NCBI GenBank assembly: GCA_965198115.1
Contig: OZ240241.1
Span: 6,368,001 to 6,432,000, forward strand
From: Candidatus Latescibacterota bacterium
GTDB taxonomy: Bacteria > Latescibacterota > UBA2968
Direction: 5' to 3'
DNA: 64,000 nucleotides
The translations under genes and the position numbers were made by a program. The first letter of the stretch is position 1, and each line of letters opens with the position of its first letter. Shown here in pieces: positions 61,944 to 64,000 of this stretch. The notes under the pieces were generated by a model. It saw only the letters and a list, made by a program, of their open reading frames with translations. It did no database searches and had not been told where the DNA came from.

Positions 61944-62735
61944 TCATAATTGCAGTACCAGGCTTCCTTCGTTCAGGCCCTCCAATTTTTCAATATTGGG
62001 GCGCCGGTCGAAGAATTGATTGGTGTCGTGAAGAAAAGCGTATTTGCCTCCACGGTCGCAACCCTTCTCGAGTGCCACCCTGTTGATTTCCTCGATGTTG
62101 TTGTAGCCGCCCCATAAAACTCCGTTCTGACAGTAGGACGTGTCGATGAAGTAACGTTTGAAGGTCTGTCCGCCTGGTTTGGGACGACGACAGTGCTGCA
62201 CCGCGGAATGTAAGATGATGAAGGAGCCTGGCGGAAGGTCGTCGTAGGTCCTCGACCGGGGAAGATCTTCGAATTCGAACTGACGGAATGCGTCACCGTT
62301 CATGATCTTCTTGTGCGATCCAGGCAGTACGAGCAGGTCGCCTACCTCACCGTTCAACCCATCCAGATACATAAAGACGTGGACCATCAGGTGTGACCGG
62401 TTTGTTTGTGGCGTTTGGACGTAATCGTGATGCCACGCGACACCCCGCTCCCCTTCGCCCTGCCAACGGGCGTGGATATGATGGTGCGTGAACTCTTTGC
62501 CGTCCATCAGGTCGGCGACGCGATCGACGACGATGGGCTCGGATGTGAGCATTGCGAGCTCGTCGTAGCTGACGATCATCTTCCTTTCACCCTGCTCCCG
62601 GTCTTCCATCATCAAGTCGACGTCATCTTTGAGACGTTGGTTCAGGTCGTCGTCGAACAGGCCCTCGAAGACGAGATAGCCTTCTTCGTCGAATCGCTCC
62701 AGATCGTCTCGCGTGAGGTGATTCAGATCCGCCAT
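61944..62735 (-). CDS. PhyH-family dioxygenase
   Basis: FDEEGYLV, WHHD, LLVLPGSH, HSAVQH. Confidence 0.85.
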   Translation of the reverse strand: MADLNHLTRDDLERFDEEGYLVFEGLFDDDLNQRLKDDVDLMMEDREQGERKMIVSYDELAMLTSEPIVVDRVADLMDGKEFTHHHIHARWQGEGERGVAWHHDYVQTPQTNRSHLMVHVFMYLDGLNGEVGDLLVLPGSHKKIMNGDAFRQFEFEDLPRSRTYDDLPPGSFIILHSAVQHCRRPKPGGQTFKRYFIDTSYCQNGVLWGGYNNIEEINRVALEKGCDRGGKYAFLHDTNQFFDRRPNIEKLEGLNEGSLVLQL

Positions 62736-62796
62736 TGGGGTCCTCGCGTATGTAGCCTGTCTTGAACGAACGTGAGAGGTGGTTCAGGGGGTGGTT

Positions 62797-63636
62797 TCAG
62801 GCTGGTTGGCCGTTGGAGACGATGGATTTGATGTCTTTGTAGGGTCGAACCTCGAGGAGTTCGCGGGTTTCGGGGTCGAGACGTTCGATGATTTCGTCCG
62901 GCCATTCCGTGCCGATCGTGTATTGCGGCATGTAGCGGAGGGTGAGGAAGCGACGATCGCGGTCTTGGGGTTTCCAGCTGAGGGCGCCGTGAGTGACCAT
63001 TTCGGAGATCATCGCGACGTCTCCTGCTTTCGGAGTGATGTTGGCCACACCAGCCGGGACATCGAAAGACCGGTAGTCCGGACTGTAACCTCCATCGGGG
63101 GATCGGCTCCCGGGATAGAAATACTCCTCCGGGCGGTCGAACTGACTCTTGTGCGAACCTGGGACGACGAGGAGGCCACCGTCGCCGGGATGGACGTCGG
63201 TGAGGTAGACGAAGATGACGAGGTGATCGCAGAGGACTCTGTCCTTTCCGATCAGATAGTAGGGCGCCTCGGGTCCACGCGTACCAGTCCCTTCGCGCTG
63301 GGAATGGAGGGGATGGAACTCGTGCGTGTGGTTGTTGATCATCAGGTTGCCACTCGTGAGGCGGGGCCGGTCGTGCATCAGCTCCAGTACGATCGGCCAG
63401 AAGGACGGATGACGTGTCAGTCGCTCGAGGGCCTTGTCGAAGGCGATCCCGAAGAAGTGCCAGATGAAGTGGTTGCGTTCGCGATCGACACGGAAGCCAG
63501 GCGGCAATTCGTCATCGGTGGTTCTCAGGTAACGCTCAGCCGCGTCCTGAGCGGCGGAAAGCTCATCAGACGTCAGCGCATCGGGGATGTGTAGGTAACC
63601 GGTCAGGTCGAAGAAGTAGCGTTGCTCGGGTGTCAT
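62797..63636 (-). CDS. PhyH-family dioxygenase
   Basis: FFDLTGYL, YLTDVHPGDGGLLVVPGSHK, KAGD..ISE..THG. Confidence 0.85.
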   Translation of the reverse strand: MTPEQRYFFDLTGYLHIPDALTSDELSAAQDAAERYLRTTDDELPPGFRVDRERNHFIWHFFGIAFDKALERLTRHPSFWPIVLELMHDRPRLTSGNLMINNHTHEFHPLHSQREGTGTRGPEAPYYLIGKDRVLCDHLVIFVYLTDVHPGDGGLLVVPGSHKSQFDRPEEYFYPGSRSPDGGYSPDYRSFDVPAGVANITPKAGDVAMISEMVTHGALSWKPQDRDRRFLTLRYMPQYTIGTEWPDEIIERLDPETRELLEVRPYKDIKSIVSNGQPA

Positions 63637-63840
63637 GGGGAAGACCTCGAAAAGTGGGGACCACGGAATACACGGAAGGGGGCGTCCGTGGAATCGAGGC
63701 CTATTCGGGGAGAGGATCGGTAAACCAAGTAAAAGAAAAAACTGGAACCACCTCTCACGTTCGTTCGAGGCAGGCTCCACACATTAATAACACGAACGGG
63801 ATACCGAGCAACAGAGATCGAAATGACTTGGCGGCGTGAT

Positions 63841-64000
63841 TCAGGTTGAGATGCCGAAGGCTTCGTTGTAGAGACGTGAGACGTCGTTCAAGTTGCCGTA
63901 GAAGGCGCGGGTTTCGGGGTCCGGGTCGTCTTTCCAGAGTCTGGGGGGGATGATGGAGTCGTTGGCGAGGAACTTTCGATCGCGATGTCCGTAGTAGGTC
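63841..64000 (-). CDS. C-terminus of a gene entering from the right edge
   Basis: Open frame TYYGHRDRKFLANDSIIPPRLWKDDPDPETRAFYG...GIST* ending at 63841. Confidence 0.5.
   Translation of the reverse strand, partial: TYYGHRDRKFLANDSIIPPRLWKDDPDPETRAFYGNLNDVSRLYNEAFGIST

Overview
GC-rich bacterial DNA that looks like an uncultured environmental heterotroph. The DFDGNGSVGFEDFLLF-type repeat, many PhyH dioxygenases and the sulfatase/sialidase-like genes suggest a Latescibacterota- or Poribacteria-like lineage (inference only). Bases 1-43 kb are a mosaic accessory region and 43-64 kb looks more like backbone (a CadC-CadA-NiCoT metal locus and catabolic genes). The main discovery is an integron-like gene-cassette system on the minus strand. 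A short, 5'-truncated tyrosine recombinase (42043-42711) lacks the IntI-specific insertion and points toward an attI-like site and an array of cassettes. The cassettes are separated by atypical attC-like hairpins: TAAC-3 nt-arm...arm-6 nt-GTTA, mostly without a bulged base. Most complete cassettes have 13-20 bp of imperfect self-complementarity between their two ends. Further pieces of the same system lie at about 30.2-31.2 kb and 5.8-9.3 kb. Two unexplained junction-repeat families (a 55-bp core x4 and a 43-bp repeat x2) sit between unrelated gene blocks. Eight full-length IS copies (IS1182, IS630 x3, IS1380, ISAzo13 x2, IS256) and an IS3 remnant are present. Many single-base frameshifts suggest uncorrected long-read indels, so pseudogene calls are provisional.
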